Under the pieces are notes generated by a model. That model searched no databases. It had not been told where the DNA came from and worked only from the letters and a program-made list of their open reading frames with translations. DNA of 64,000 nucleotides from Tubiluchus corallicola (taxonomy: Eukaryota; Animalia; Priapulida): positions 124,001 through 188,000 of the forward strand of contig JAQGDQ010000357.1 of assembly GCA_030141605.1 (NCBI GenBank), written 5' to 3'. The translations under genes were made by a program, and so were the position numbers. This document shows positions 12,159-25,800 of this stretch, in pieces; positions within the stretch are counted from its first letter, which is position 1; every line of letters begins with the position of its first letter.

Positions 12159-12348
12159 CTTTAAAATGGTACCTGCTGTTACCCTGCCTGGCGCGTGGTA
12201 TTTAATGGAAAAAGTGGGGTATTAATAATCTCTGTTATCAAGGTGTAGCCTTGTTATTTACAGTCGGCAGAAAACTCTATAAGCTTATGTTAATTGTTTA
12301 TCTAAAAGAAACTTGAAATAAAGATGATTATGATGATGATGATTATTA
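12159..12348 (+). mobile_element. SINE core and 3' fragment with a (GAT)n tail
   Basis: aaaatggtacctgctg...cctgcctggcgc resembles conserved invertebrate SINE core domains (from recall). AATAAA is followed by gatgattatgatgatgat. Confidence 0.5.
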
Positions 12349-14020
12349 TTGTGTGGTTGCTTGGTACATTTATTATCGGATGGGAAGACTTTTTCCGCTT
12401 TTTCATTAAAGACAATGCAAGTGTATTGAAATTTAGATGACAAATGTCCTTTCCATAACATTATTAGATGACAAATGTCCTCTCCATAACATTACAACTA
12501 CATATCCACAGATTTCCCGTGCTTTACAGCTGCTGACTTCTGTTGTTCAACAATAATAGTTAGACGATACTGTTGCTGTTACTGATAAAGGAAAATCTAT
12601 AGATTCAACAGAAAACTATTACGTCACTTGCTTACGATGTGACTCTATAAAGCGGTCTGTTTCACCTAGAAAGCCGATCTCGTTCGCGTAATACGTTTTC
12701 AACCAGCTTTTTTTTATCACAACACAGCAATTTCGTATTCTAAATTTCGACGACAAGCTAAATGGTGTTCTAATCACCATAAGTCATAAGTCGTTTATTT
12801 CATCCAGACAATGAGGCAGAAAAAGCAATAAGAGAGTATCCCAATCGTCTTCTAGACTAATTATTAAACAATTTCGCCCGACTTTCTAAAGAACTATTTA
12901 TTTTTTACGATTAAATTTTCAAAATTCCATAATGAATCCAAACTCCCCACACTCGCAAAAGCTTGTAAATCACATTACGGTATTAAGATTTAAGAAAGTT
13001 TTAAACAACATATTTATCAGATATGCAAGACTGAATAACTGTGGGCCATCAGCAAAAAAAAACATTCCAAGTTTATAAACAAAAGTAATCAACATGAACA
13101 GAACATCAATGTTGTTAATAAGTTTTGATTAGAAAGACGATCGAAAGAAGGTACGAAAGCGAGAAATGCTGGAAAGAAATAAAGGCAGAGAGGAAAATAG
13201 TACTATGGAAAAAGGCACATAAATTAAAACTTTTAATCTGATTTTTTTCGAATTTTTTCCGCATTGCTTTGTGCCATGTTTTATTCTCACAGAAGCCTTG
13301 ATAGTGGGGTATTATGATGCAATCACGCATCAAAATACCTGTTTTTCTTTATAATTCGTGATTAAAACATTTATTCTGCAAATATTCACACAAGAATAAA
13401 GAAAGCAAACCGGAATAGTGTGGTATCGTAATACTGTTGATTTTATTGAAACACTTACCACATATAAAAAGTGAAAAACAGAAAGCTAAAGGCTTGTTTA
13501 ATCTGAAATTTGAAAAAATTAAAAACGTAATGTATCACAGGCACTTCATACTTGTGCTGCAGATTTTAGAAGATATAAACAAATTTACTGTTACTGGCCA
13601 CCATGAGAAAACCAAGTGATAACACTCACTGTTCAATGGAATGGTAAAGCTGTCATTATTTACAAGATAGTTAACAATTACTTTTATAAAATGACCATTA
13701 AATTAAAGTTTTCTGCTGTCTAAGGGCATGGTACACACAGAAGTACACGAATACAACATTATACCAAAAAAAACGAGACCATACGATACTAAAAGGGAAT
13801 AATGTGTCACTGAAGGGCATCATATCTTTTGAAAGGCGACAAAATAAGAAGCAACACTCTAACAATTGTTGATAATTGCAAGAACGTAAGAATGTAATAA
13901 CGATTGATAGAAACATACAATCTAGCAGTCATGTATGCGTTTTAGCACAACTCACGTAGAGAATACAAAAAACTAATGAAAAATAGGTGTATATTCATGT
14001 AAAACATTAATTATCTAAAA

Positions 14021-14171
14021 TCTTATCTTTATGCATAAGCCATAGATAAAGAACTTATCAAAAAGTTTGTTTGAGAAATACTGACAAAGTGACTAAAGTC
14101 TTATCTTTATGCATAAGAGATAGATAAAGAACTTATCAAAAAGTTTCTTTGAGAAATACTGATAAAGTGAT
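14021..14171. repeat. 78-bp direct tandem duplication
   Basis: tcttatctttatgcataag...gagaaatactga(c/t)aaagtga occurs at 14021 and 14099. Confidence 0.92.
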
Positions 14172-16859
14172 TATATACAATAGACCATGAAATTATTTCA
14201 TAATACTGGGCTGGACACTAAGCAGGGATCACCACTCACATATGAACTACCTAATTTAAAATATTTGAATTGAATTTCACATTAAATTACTGATGATTTT
14301 CAAAAACACAACACATAAAAAGCTGAGCTGTATTGCTAAGAATGCAGGTTTTTATTCTTTTCAGCATTGCTCTTTGTCAAATAAGAGAAATTAGAACTTG
14401 TGAAATACTTTTAAAAGAAAATTCTGCTATACAAACATATACTGTGTTAACTATTTTAGCTCTACGAATTTTAACTGCTTTGATTAACAAGAACAAAGAA
14501 AAGAGCAGAAAACAACAGCAATGAATGCAGTTTCACACAGGTATTAAGCTAAAATAGGATGACAGACCTAATATCTATATGTAATCAGGAACGCATTAAC
14601 CAATAGGGTAACTAGGCTATAGCCTAGGGTGCCAAAATTTGAGGGCGTCACATTTTAGAACAAAATCTTATTCTCCTCTCAGAAAATGTGTATACTTTCA
14701 TATTCATGTAAATGGCGTATTTTATAACGCACCACAAGCAGTTACTGAGCACAGCTTTCATATAAATGCCACATAACGAACAGGTGCAAGGTACTGTAAA
14801 GGGTGTATTGTATTGCAAAGTGATATTATAAGAGCTATGTAAATACATGTAATTAGTAATGACCATGTAGAAATGAGGCTAATACTGTTTCTAATACACC
14901 ACAAATAATTGTTTAACCTGCTCATTACATAAACAACCATAAATTCACAATAGAGATGGGTGGGATAGAACTATCAGCCTTGGGCGTAAAGTCTTGATGG
15001 GCCCCAGAAGGTAATGAGATTCATTCTTTTTTTTACCCTATTCGACACTCTACAACCAGAGAAGCCCTCAAAGATGGGGCCTACATAACATGTATGCATT
15101 GAGGAGGAACTGGAACCCACCTCTTTCATAAGCAGTAGGAGACAAAGAATACACAAATGCATTGCTAACACGTAAATGTCAACACATTTTATATGTGTAT
15201 CTTTGAGAGGTGATATAAACAGTAATAAAGATTGATATGTCACAACAATAATTATAATACTGTAGCTACTGCACTTACAGGCTAAACTATAAATCCTTAT
15301 TTACATCATATTTACACACGGCAAATACGACTACCATAGCATTACTTGAAAAACTTGTATGTACTTGCTTTACGAAAACTACTTCTAGTGCGACAGGGTT
15401 TACATATTACAACATTTTTATTTTACATTCTAATGCCACTACAGTCTTTGATTATCTTGCAGGAGTCTGAATCACGACATTTATGCTCACAAGGTTTGAT
15501 GACAGGCTATATACTAATACTAAACGCATTTTATTGGCAAGTAAATCACTACAGAAAATAAATAACTACTGTTTTTGTTAGTTTCTTGTTTCTCTTGATG
15601 TTGACAGAGTTGCCTTGCAAATTCTTGCCCTTTTTGCGAAGCAGACACATCTAACTTCGCACTAATCTTTTTATTGTGATTTGCAATTCCACTGTTTGCA
15701 TACATGCATTGGTTCACTCTTTTCTAAAAAAGCAACAGCAAAATCTTGCATCGGAATAATTTCCCTGACTTACAAATCGTATATACAGCACCTTATCTAC
15801 CTACAATATAGTTACAATGACACTTTATTTTTCTTTTCATATCACACAGGGAAAAAGAAGCACCTTTCACGTGCCATGTTTATTTTACCAAACATTCACT
15901 AATGGTATAATTAATTGCCACTCACAAAAAACTCTAGTCAGACTAAAACACAAGAGTAGAATGATAACAAAATGCAATTATTAACATTTAATAACAACTT
16001 ATGGTCAACTAAGAGTACTAAGAAGCAACGTGATAACAGTATAAAGAAAATAAACAGGTGCATGAACTGTGCACTGCTGTGAAGAACACTAAACATGTAA
16101 TTACATGACTCCACACTTCATTCTGAGTGGTTTGACACCAATTCACGCAGCTTCAGAATAGTTCATGCAATTTCAAGTGCTCTCGTTCATATTAATGTTG
16201 AAAGCCAAAAAAAACAAATGCCTTTTTACAAAATATTGTACACACAGAATGCTTATGACATCACTTATAGATGTATGGCAGTACAAAAAATTGGGCAAAG
16301 CTGTCTGAAGACCTTTGGTGTAAAATGAAGTAGTGCAAAGCCATGTAAAAACATGCTTGATAAGGCAACACCCTAAAAATAAACTACATTCTTAAGCAAC
16401 ACTTATCAAATTTATAACAGAAATTTATAGCTATGATACAAACAAGGGCAGTTCACGTGCTAATGTTAACATTTTACAAAAGCAGAAACGTGATTAATTA
16501 ATAAATGATCTCCATACAGTACGAACAGCTACAGAACCTAATCTTAATCTATAAAGTTCTAATCTTACTCTCATTATTAATACTCGACATCCAAAAGGAC
16601 ATGGAATGGTTCTGATCTGTAAAATAATCCTAACTCCTAAACTCAATACTGCCTGTTTATCCTGAGTTCATTAAAAATATTGTTATCAAAGAATTTTTTG
16701 GATCACACTCAACATTTTTATCAACAGTCATCTCCTATAATGGAAAAATGTTTTGTAATCGCTATTCTGTCAAATACAGAACGTAGAAGCCTTTGATACA
16801 TAGCTGTTTTCTCAATGCACAACAAAGCCATTCTCCAAGTCTCTTTCAAATCCAGAAAA

Positions 16860-19800
16860 CTACGCGTTCCCAGGATGACTGGTCTTTCTCTTGTTTTTGT
16901 AAACATATTCGTGAACTTGTTCAAGGTTAGCGGGATCCGACGGGATCACATAGTAGCAGCATTGCTCCTGAGCGTGAACGACGAGTGATTTGAAATCGCT
17001 ATCAACCTACGACGAAAATTTAATACATATTATAAAGGTGGTGAAAGTGCTACTGCATTCTGTACATTGAACGAGAATTATCTGAATTGTCAAATCATCA
17101 TAACCTGTTTTTTATCTTTCTACTTCAGTCAAGCTAGTTTATTTAATTCAGCTTTAGTCTAGTTTACTTCCAAAATGCCAGTACATTGTTACACATATTA
17201 CAATATAATCAATTGCTATGGAAACAAAACAAAAATTAAAGTTTTACCAGATGAGATATCGGTTCAGACCAAGAAGATAAACTTGTACAGGTACGAGTAG
17301 AAGGGCAAAATGGAAAGAACAAATGTAGAAGGTGCGAAATAAAATAACAGGGCTCCCACAGAATTTTAAAATTTCCCTGACTTTTCCATGACCAAATATT
17401 GATTTTCCAAGACAAGCAGAAATTGTGTTACCTGTATACATATTCATGTATTTGTGTGTATGGACATTCATACATAATAGTGATATATAATGTGTCGTGC
17501 AATCATTTTTTTTGGAACGAAAATCAAAACTGGGAACCAGCCATAGCAAAATTTTATTTGAACACGAATCGCTGGAAAATACGTTTGGACGAATATCAGT
17601 TCACAGCGATTATTTTTGCAACCCTTTCCAATTACTTTTTGTCCAATTTCATCATTTTCTTTGACCTTTACCAAATTATGTTTTTCCATGACTTTCCAGG
17701 ATAGGCTGTATTTTCAAGGATTTTCCAGGATTTTTCCCGACTGTGGGAACCATGAAATAAGCAAGAAAAATGAAACAGCAGGGAGATAATGAGGGTATGG
17801 AAATGGCAATGAAAAGTAAATGGTGGCGAAAATAAAGATTTGATTCACGTGAGAAAGTAGAAGAGAAACAGATCAGTCAGCTGAAACCATTTTTAGATCA
17901 TCACATTAGATATATAGTTTATTGATAAACAACACAATACAATGTACATAAAAGAATCACATAAAGCACCGCAACACTTGTGTATAATCCTCGTATTGAA
18001 GCAGTAGAGGTCAAACAGTTTATAATATTTACACGTTTACCAAAATAATATAATTACAATAATGTGCTTTGGCTATCACTTGAATATGATTTGCTGTGAC
18101 TAATATATTATCTTTCTTCTTTCAAAACAGTCTGTAATATAATTTAAAATTAAATTTGCAAATTCAGCAAGTTCACATGTACTAAGTGGAACAAAGTGTT
18201 TTCAGCCTAGTACAGAAAAGCGTGGTGATTAACAGACTAAAAATCTACAACACACAAATTGGTGGAAAAGCCTGAAACCATCTACTATTAGGAAAAATGA
18301 GAATTTTACTATATCTCAGCAAAAAATGTCTAAGGAAGGCTAAACTGTGAGTATATTAATGTTTTAAATGAAAGACCAAGGCTTGTGGGACGTTAAGATT
18401 ATTCAAAATTGTGAGAAAAATTTTAGGATTTAGTAATAAAAGTGTGATAAGCACCTCGTATGATTAGTAAAATCACTTTAAAATTGCCAACATTCCACGC
18501 TTAGCTGTTCCCATTTTGAACACCCCTTTTTCCACCAACGACATCATTAACTGACTGAATAAAAGCTGTGAACTGTCAATTTCCGTCAAGAGTATGACAA
18601 GTTTTTACAAAAAATTAGATTTCTTTGTTACATTTTTCTAAATTTAAGTGATAAAAGTAAAATAAACCCAACATACTAAGTGGCTTGTCTTTTCCTTTGG
18701 TCAAAGAAAACAGTGTTAAAATTTCTAAGATTATCTAATTGTTTCAGAACCCTAAATATGCAAAATATGTCTGTCATTACCAGGAAAGGTTTTTGCACTG
18801 TAACTAGGTAATAATGAGCCAAAGTTGTACCCATACCTATATTTGTAAGCTTAGACAGAATGACGGGCATGGTTTTCTACACTAGGTACAAGCGAAAAAA
18901 AATTGTTGTAATTAGTTCATGTGGCAGTCACTGTTTGACTGGACTAAACATATAGCCTACAAGTTGGAAGCTTAACACAGAGACTAAATGCACAGAGTAG
19001 ACTTATTAAATAGCATTCCTAGAAAATTCTGAGGCATCACTTTCAATAATTTTAAAGTAAGTTTGTCCGAGAAAATCATTAATTGAAATAGCTTCCTGTG
19101 CTTGAACAAATCACGTCTCGCGAAAGTCGGCCATTCCAAGAATGCTGGACAGTTCATTTTAAAAAAATCTCAGCACACAGTAAAAATCTCAACATATACA
19201 CTGTATAAATTTATTCTGGTTACACAATCATTTCAACCACAACCTGTGGATGTTTTCTAGTGTACTGAAGCAATATAACATGGGAAACCTTTTCAGAAAG
19301 ATGAAAACACCTGTAGACAACCACATATTGCTGCTGAAATTATTGTGTAATAAAAATTTTTATTGTGCACGTTATATATTTATTGCTTAATTTAAACACG
19401 GTACATAAAAATGAAAGCTGTTGTTTTAACAATGTTTCAGCAAAACCAACTTACGGACATGGAAAATAACGAGCTTACCATCAGCGAGTTCATATGGCCC
19501 AGCACAATGAGCGAATGCTTAGCTCTAGTTAGCGCTACATTCAGCCTTCTTCGGCAGTTCAGGAACCCGATGGTGCCAGTGGTGCTGCGAGCCCGCACGC
19601 AGGACAAAATGATGATATCTTTTTCCTGACCTTGAAAACCGTCGACTGTTGAAATGGTAACCTTCTCACTGAATAAAAATAATATGGTAGTATTTCAATG
19701 AACAATCACTGCGGGATGACCCCAAATCAAACTCAACCAGATAGATAATGTGCAGTGATAACTTAACTTGTTAAGCAAATATCCTGAAACTGGAGTAGGA

Positions 19801-22800
19801 TACTTATTTATTAAAGGAAAACAGGACCCAATCTTAAACTGTAGGTCAAAACAATCTACTCTTTAAAAACTGAAAGGGAACATACTATTCTTTCAAGAAT
19901 TACTTACATGAAAGACTTATTACCACATAAACAGAATTTCCCGTTCGTGCAACTAATTCTTTGCTATAACATGCATTTCGTCATTCACTAGTTAAACTGG
20001 CACTAGCACCTGCATTTTCGAAATGTGTTACACAAAAGCAGGCGCTCTGCCTATCAGTTCAGTGGTGTTCACTTGTGACATAGTACACACATTCGACAGC
20101 TCATGCGTGAGCTCAGCAGTAAATTTGAAATTTAAATTTTTACCTTAAAAAAACTTGCCTAGTTTTAGTACAACACAATGAATCTTTTACAGTAGCACTG
20201 AATTTTCGTTTTCGCAAACACGTGCAACACGCTCACGGAATGTTTAGGCTGTTGAAAATTATGTTCAATTGTGATATCACCAATAGTTAACCTCAACTGC
20301 CATTAATTAAGATTCTAATCTATTATTTAATTAACAGAAACGCTTTTGTAGTACTATTGGTGTTAAAATGTTTACTTTTTACTATAATTGGAAAATAAGG
20401 TAGTACATGAAAAATCACCTTGACTTCCTTTAAAGGAAAACCGGATGATTGTGTAAACACGCGTTCAGAATAAAAAATGCTCTAAAATATTGAAAACTAC
20501 AATAGCTTATTTTAAATCAAAGCTTAGATTACCTTGGATACTCAAATTTCGTTAAACTTTCAAAGCTACGCGCGGCTCAGTGAATCTACTAAGATTGGCA
20601 GCAGCGTCTTTCTGTCACATGCGCGGCACCAACAAATAGAAGGCGGTACCGTGATAATGATATCATGATCATGAACTGCTGTGTTAGTTTCATGACGTCA
20701 TATGACGTAGACCCCATTTTTCGTGACATCATGCATTTAAACAGTACTGAAATACCTATGCAAATGTGCTTGACGCACAAGGAAAGACACCTGCCATTGC
20801 ACAAACTGTGGTTAGTTTGTGACATAAGCAATAGCTGTGTTCGGTTGTCGTTAATTAACTTTCTAAGCTAATTATTCAAATATAAGGAACAATTGTTAAC
20901 TTTTATAGGCAAGAAAATGTACATTTTGGACAGTAAATTAAAATGAGATTGAGTCTAAACAATCATCCGGTCTTCCTTTAAAGTTACCTGAACACGACAG
21001 CACAGAAAAACGTGCACCCAGTTTTACAGTAATTTATCAACCTGTAAAGAATTTTTCAAGAAAGTTCAAAAAATATAGTGAAAATAGAGCTTGATTTTAT
21101 GCATCGGTTACCATCGTTATTGAAATTATGTGACATACTTCTCTTTTATCATCGTCTTCAGCATAGACCATTGTGCTGCATAGGGCACTATGATGCCTAT
21201 AGTCACGTTCAGTTTCCGCAAGTTCTTGCAAAGCAGTGCCGTTACAATGGCTTCGGCTCTATTTGAAATCGACCTAAAAGTAAAATAAAATAAAATAAAT
21301 AATACAGTTTCAACTCGATGACATATACCGAGAGAATCGAAAGACGGGCCCTGCTACCACTAGTTCATTTGATTTCATACACCACAAAAATACAATGCCA
21401 ATAAACATGTTTACTAAACTTGTATTTTGTTTCTAATTGCAGAAAGTTTCTTCATATAAATGTACAAAATATTTTGGATCTTGAAAGCTCCTAAGAAAAA
21501 CAGAGAAAAACTGGGGAGAATCGCTGGCGTAAGATGAGAAGCCATTGAAGAGAAAGGTAAAAATATATCTCCACCATCAGACAGCTTAAAATAATACAAT
21601 GTAAATGTGAATTCCACTTTGAATTGAATTGAATTGAATGTGCCACAATCTCTGCTTGAAGATAATTTGAATACAAGTCGAAAATGTGCAAACTAAGACC
21701 TTTGCTTTTGCTTTTTCATTAATTACAATGAACGTCAATTCATTAAGGAATTATGCATTTACTTAGAGTTGATTTCACATTGTATCAGAAATGTAATCAG
21801 ATTATGTGTGTATGTATTTTTTCTTGCTCTACAGGAATGCATACATGCAGTACTAACTTAAGCCTACAGAGGCTTATGTAGCCTTACACATACAATGTAA
21901 AATTTCTGAATGAGGAGCACATTACAAAACGTCAGCTTAATGAACGAGGGTAATTAACCCACCCATCTTGGCCGACCTCTTGACTGTGCAAAATGTCCAA
22001 CATGGTGAATGACCTTAGTGGACAGTCGGGTCTCTCCTTTGTAGCAGATTTTAGTTTTCCCTCGTAAATGTGACGAGATGGGAACTCGGCAATCTGGGGA
22101 TCCATTCTGTACTGCGTATCTAGCAGGAAGATGGGATTCGTGCTACTACCAGGACCAGGATCCACGTTCCTGCAGAAATAAGTTTATTGCTGATCACTTG
22201 ATCTTTCAAATTTGAAAAAATGCATATGAACATTAATCAAGAATAGAATAGAATGGAATAGAAATTTATTTTTTCCATTACATACATAAGAAACACGATA
22301 CATACATATTATTTCCATTATGGTCCAAGTGTTAGTATAAAAGTGGATCACAAAAAAATACACAAACTATTAAAAACTCTACAGATTATGTTACATTAGA
22401 CTAAGACTATGTACAAATTAAAAAAAGTAAATACAATTAAATAATAATAATAATAATAATAATAATAGTAAAAATTAAGAATAGAGCTACTCGAAAAACA
22501 TTGCAAACAAATGAAACGATAACTAAAATGTGAAAAAATACACCACTATAAAGCCATTTGATGCATGGCAGTTCGAAAAGATTTTCAAAAAGTAACGTCC
22601 ATTGCTTGCTGCATAGTTTTTAATTACTCTAACTTGTTCCTTGTACAGTGTTAGCACAAAGGTTCAGCAAACTTCTAAAATGGGTCCAATACTTCTGCAT
22701 TAATGTTTAGTCAAATGTGAGAAATCCTGGAAGTGGAGCCTGACAACAGGTTTTAAATTTCTTTATCCTCTTTGATTTGCAACTTGAAAGTCTGACATTG

Positions 22801-25800
22801 TAGTACCCACATTACAGCATAACAAAATTTCATTTTACGTGTATGTGAATATTTCAAACCATTTATTAATCATGTCTTCTGGACGTTCAATAACCAATGG
22901 CCAGCTGGCTATACTTTGTGTTGAGCATTTAAACTTGCGAAAAATTTGGGAGTACCGAGAGCACAAATGGGGTAAATTCTTGCAGAAATGATTTCGTAAG
23001 TCTTAGGTAATACATATGTACAAAACACTGTACCTGACATCCAGCTACATGTGAGAAAGGTAAGAATATGCCAACAAGACAAACTACCAATATAATTTCC
23101 ACATTAAAATTCCTCCTCAACCTATTTCAGTTCAGTTGTAACATTTAATAAGTAGCGAAAATAAAAATGAATATGGAAAAACAATAATATCTAAAACACT
23201 GTTATGTCATACTGTCTCAACACATACAGCCAGAATTTGTGTGCCAGATTATCAACACTTATACATTACTGAAAGAAGGAAGCAAGTAGCTTAGAAGCCC
23301 ATTTCTGCTAAACACTATAACAAATTTTGAAGCCAGGTTACTTTGATAAAGTTTAGCAGAAGTCACTAATTCATGGCACTTATACCGGACCGTGTATTTC
23401 AAGCTTAGCATGACTGGAGCATTCTGTTTGCAATTTACATTATTCACACATTAAATAGCTTGTGAACGTTGTCCGGGATCAAATGTTGGCAGTTACGACA
23501 GAGAAAATGTGATACACCAGAGAGTTATTGAAAGACGAGTTTTTATAGCTAACTTGAATGTCGCACATGTGATACTGCTGATTTCCCACACTAGCAAACC
23601 TGATTTCTGTCAGCGTATAAAAATTGTAAATGTAACAAAGTCATTTAGTTTTTGATTACTAATTTTTGAAAACTGTGAAAATTATGCATGAAACACCCAT
23701 GGTCAAAAAAAATATTGACAACAAATAAGAAAGCTAGAGAAATTACAGACATCTTTGATGAATTCTTTTGATGGTTTGCTGATAATATCGTAGATGTTAC
23801 GATTACCGATCAAAAGTAAAATGAGAAATTTAAGTTTTTTTTCAAATGGCAATTTTTGTGGCACACTTACCTTAGCTTAAACTTGCCTCAATTTGAAAAT
23901 AATGATACTTGACAAAGCATTTTTTGTAAAATGATCACTAGTTACACAATACACAATTACCAATTAGTATGAGTTGTGCACAATGAATGCATTAAGTTAA
24001 ATAAGCTAGCAAGTTGGCAGTGATCTAATTTCAAAATCAGGACGAATGAAACTATAGCTTTTTAATTGGAAAAATAACATGTCTAGATATACTGAGAGAA
24101 ATATAAAATCAGTGTAGATTATATTCTTGAAAACAGTTACCTTCAGGTTGACAAAGTTCTAAGCTATGTTTTCAATAAATCGTCCTTAAACTAATTAACC
24201 TTTTATATTTCATTCATTGAAGAAGAGACCCTACGGAAAATAAAGTAAAAGTATTGACGAAATAACATTATTTTCCTCATGGTATGAGCTACTTTGAGTA
24301 AAAATTCAAGTATGCTACCTGAAGTAATTGTAAAAGCGTTCAAACAGAGACTGTCGAAAGTTGTTATTGACGGCAGCCTGTGACAGAACTGTTGCCGGAA
24401 GTTGTTCCGGATCCCCGACTAGCACCATCTTGCTCATACCAAACTGGAGAGGTATCAGGCAGTCTAGCTCTGTAGTCTGTGTTGCCTAAAAGAATAATTA
24501 AATTGCTCAAGTAATTGAACTTGTACAGGGCAGAGTGCAAAAAACACATTTATTCACATAACAAAAGTACAACATTACCATTTCAAGTTGAGTCATAGAC
24601 AAGCTGTTTCAAAATGTTGGAGTCTCCACTCAGTCACTGTTGTTCCAATAGGTGGGTCTATATCTAGATTTTCTGTTAGAGATGTTTTAACAAATCCTTT
24701 AAACTTAGACCACACACCTTCTACTGCGTTTAACATTAGCAAGTATAGACTAAGTCTCAGTATTCTTCCACCAGAGTAACATTCTTTGTGCAACACTTCT
24801 TCCAAATTACAGTGTGTCAAGGCAGCATTAACAAGCACGATTTCAGAAAATTCCCTGCTAATGCTTACTCTCTTATGGCTAAAGTGAGCCACATGCAGCA
24901 ATTACACACAAATTCGGGGTCCCAAGAATTTGGGCAAACAACAACACTGGTTGCTTGGAGCTCAGGCAACTAGCCTACATGTCCATTCTATGGGAACTAA
25001 CTCCTGTAGCTGCTGTATGTAAACTTGACGTTTTTTCTTGTTAGCAACATTATCTGTGCCCACTGGTTGCATATAAGCTCGTTTTACAGTAATGTGTTTA
25101 CCGTCCAGATAATTTCCAATGGCATTCGCAAACAAAATAACATCGATAGTATTTACATGTTTCCTGATTTTCTCGGTATCATTGTATTCTCAGCCTCTAT
25201 CCAGTGAATAACTTCATCTATCAAATATCTTCAATCAATTGCTTGTCCCTACTTCCACCATGCATACCAGGTTGAGCCATTTCTGCTCTGTTTTTGATAT
25301 TCACAATCCATCTTCATGCAGTCTTTAGCGGAACATCATTAATTGAATTGAATTTATTTATTCCACAGCAACTCAAATATACATATAAATTGATATAACA
25401 TTGAAAAAAAAATAAATAAACTATGCGAGTTACTGTGAGGAGGAGGAAGGAGCATTTTGCTTTCGAGTCCTCCTCCAGATAAGTAAAACAATTGACAATT
25501 AACATTACATTTTCATCAGTTATAGCATACATTAGAACAAAGTAAGTTTTGTTAGTAACTTAAGATCAGGATGAGTAAAATTGTGAGTTAATTATACCGT
25601 TGTAGTAGGTAATTCTTTGATGCTTTTTTAAATTGATAAAGATTAAGAGTTTTCATTTCACGCGGAATTGATGACCATATTTTAATAGCATTATATTTTG
25701 ATGACTGTTTCATTATATTTGTTTTTGGAAGGGGGAGTACATAGTTTTCGACTGAATATCTTGTGTAATGATCATGTTGATTTGAAACTGGACTAAAGTA

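Noticed and set aside
13000-16850. Short ORFs between the helicase stop and the Pro-rich gene
   Set aside because: No recognisable motifs or exon chain. Consistent with 3'UTR or intergenic DNA; the poly(A) site could not be fixed.
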